From NCBI GenBank assembly GCA_030265395.1, contig JARFYF010000001.1, positions 31,677,901-31,741,900 of the forward strand: a stretch of 64,000 nucleotides of DNA, given 5' to 3'. Source of the DNA: Rhina ancylostomus (taxonomy: Eukaryota). The position numbers were made by a program, and so were the translations under genes. The notes below the pieces were generated by a model. It was not told the DNA's origin and searched no databases. It worked only from the letters and a program-made list of their open reading frames with translations. This document shows, in pieces, positions 63,251-64,000 of this stretch (its first letter is position 1; every line of letters begins with the position of its first letter).

Positions 63251-64000
63251 ATATGGGGGAGAAAAGTCTAAATATTAGAAATGTATGCTGTTTTGTGGAA
63301 ACCCCTGGTGGTAATTCAGGATGCTGATGCTATGAACTTTTTCATTCAAAGCAATGAGTTACATTTGACTTAGTCTGTATCCCCTATATATTAGACTTGA
63401 GAGCTTTACACAATTACTTCTGAGAATGTAACTCCTTATCCTCTTCTGCGGCTTAGTAACACTCAACTTTCAAATTTTAGATAGCCAGGTTTGATATTTC
63501 CTGGATTTTGTCTGATCTTGTATCTTGATGTTATCCTTACTTTTAAATTGAAAAGAATGCAAGAAAGATTGCATGGTATGCGTTAGAGCTTTAATTTACA
63601 TTGTAAGAGATTTGAGATGTATACAAATCACTTAAGTAGAAAATTGAATTGCTGATGGGCTGTTAATGCTGTATCGTAAGAAAAAACAGATTTGTTCTGA
63701 AATAAAGAAGCTTCTTGAGCAACTAATTGTGTTCATGAAGCAGAACCCTCAAATTACTATAATTTGTAGAAATCTGGTGTTGCATTTATGTTGGCAGCTC
63801 TCCAGTTCCTTGGCAGTGGTCATTTTTCAAGCAAGTGTGGAGAGTTAAATTTTGACAGGTTATTTTATTGTGGGTCATACAATGAAGCCTGACATCTATC
63901 ATACATCATTCACACTTTCTGAATTTTATTCAATAATGATCATGAAGAAATTGCAGTTTCCAATCCAGCTTTATTGTACCATCCATTGACAGTTACTACA

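Noticed and set aside
1-64000. Prokaryotic systems (CRISPR, operons, defence islands), tRNA or rRNA genes
   Set aside because: The DNA is spliced vertebrate sequence with no repeat-spacer arrays. The tRNA-like boxes belong to SINE heads.

Overview
AT-rich, repeat-dense vertebrate DNA. The repeat families (HER1/CR1 LINEs, V-SINEs, DeuSINE, Rex1, RTE, Penelope hairpins) point to a cartilaginous fish, probably a batoid (inference). Two spliced genes lie head-to-head about 18.9 kb apart. On the + strand are SNX4 exons 1-5 (45381-62218), covering the PX domain; the gene continues beyond the window. On the - strand is a gene absent from the supplied ORF track: a signal-peptide exon (26521-26470) spliced across a 25.7 kb intron to a Cys-rich exon (758-605). 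These encode the start of a TGF-beta type II receptor ectodomain that differs from canonical TGFBR2 and is most likely the TGFBR2-like paralog. The rest is intron and intergenic DNA with layered, decayed transposons. These include Penelope-derived hairpins with fossil hammerhead-ribozyme cores, V-SINEs carrying two different LINE tails, and a pair of solo LTRs. Repeat boundaries and family names are by eye and approximate.
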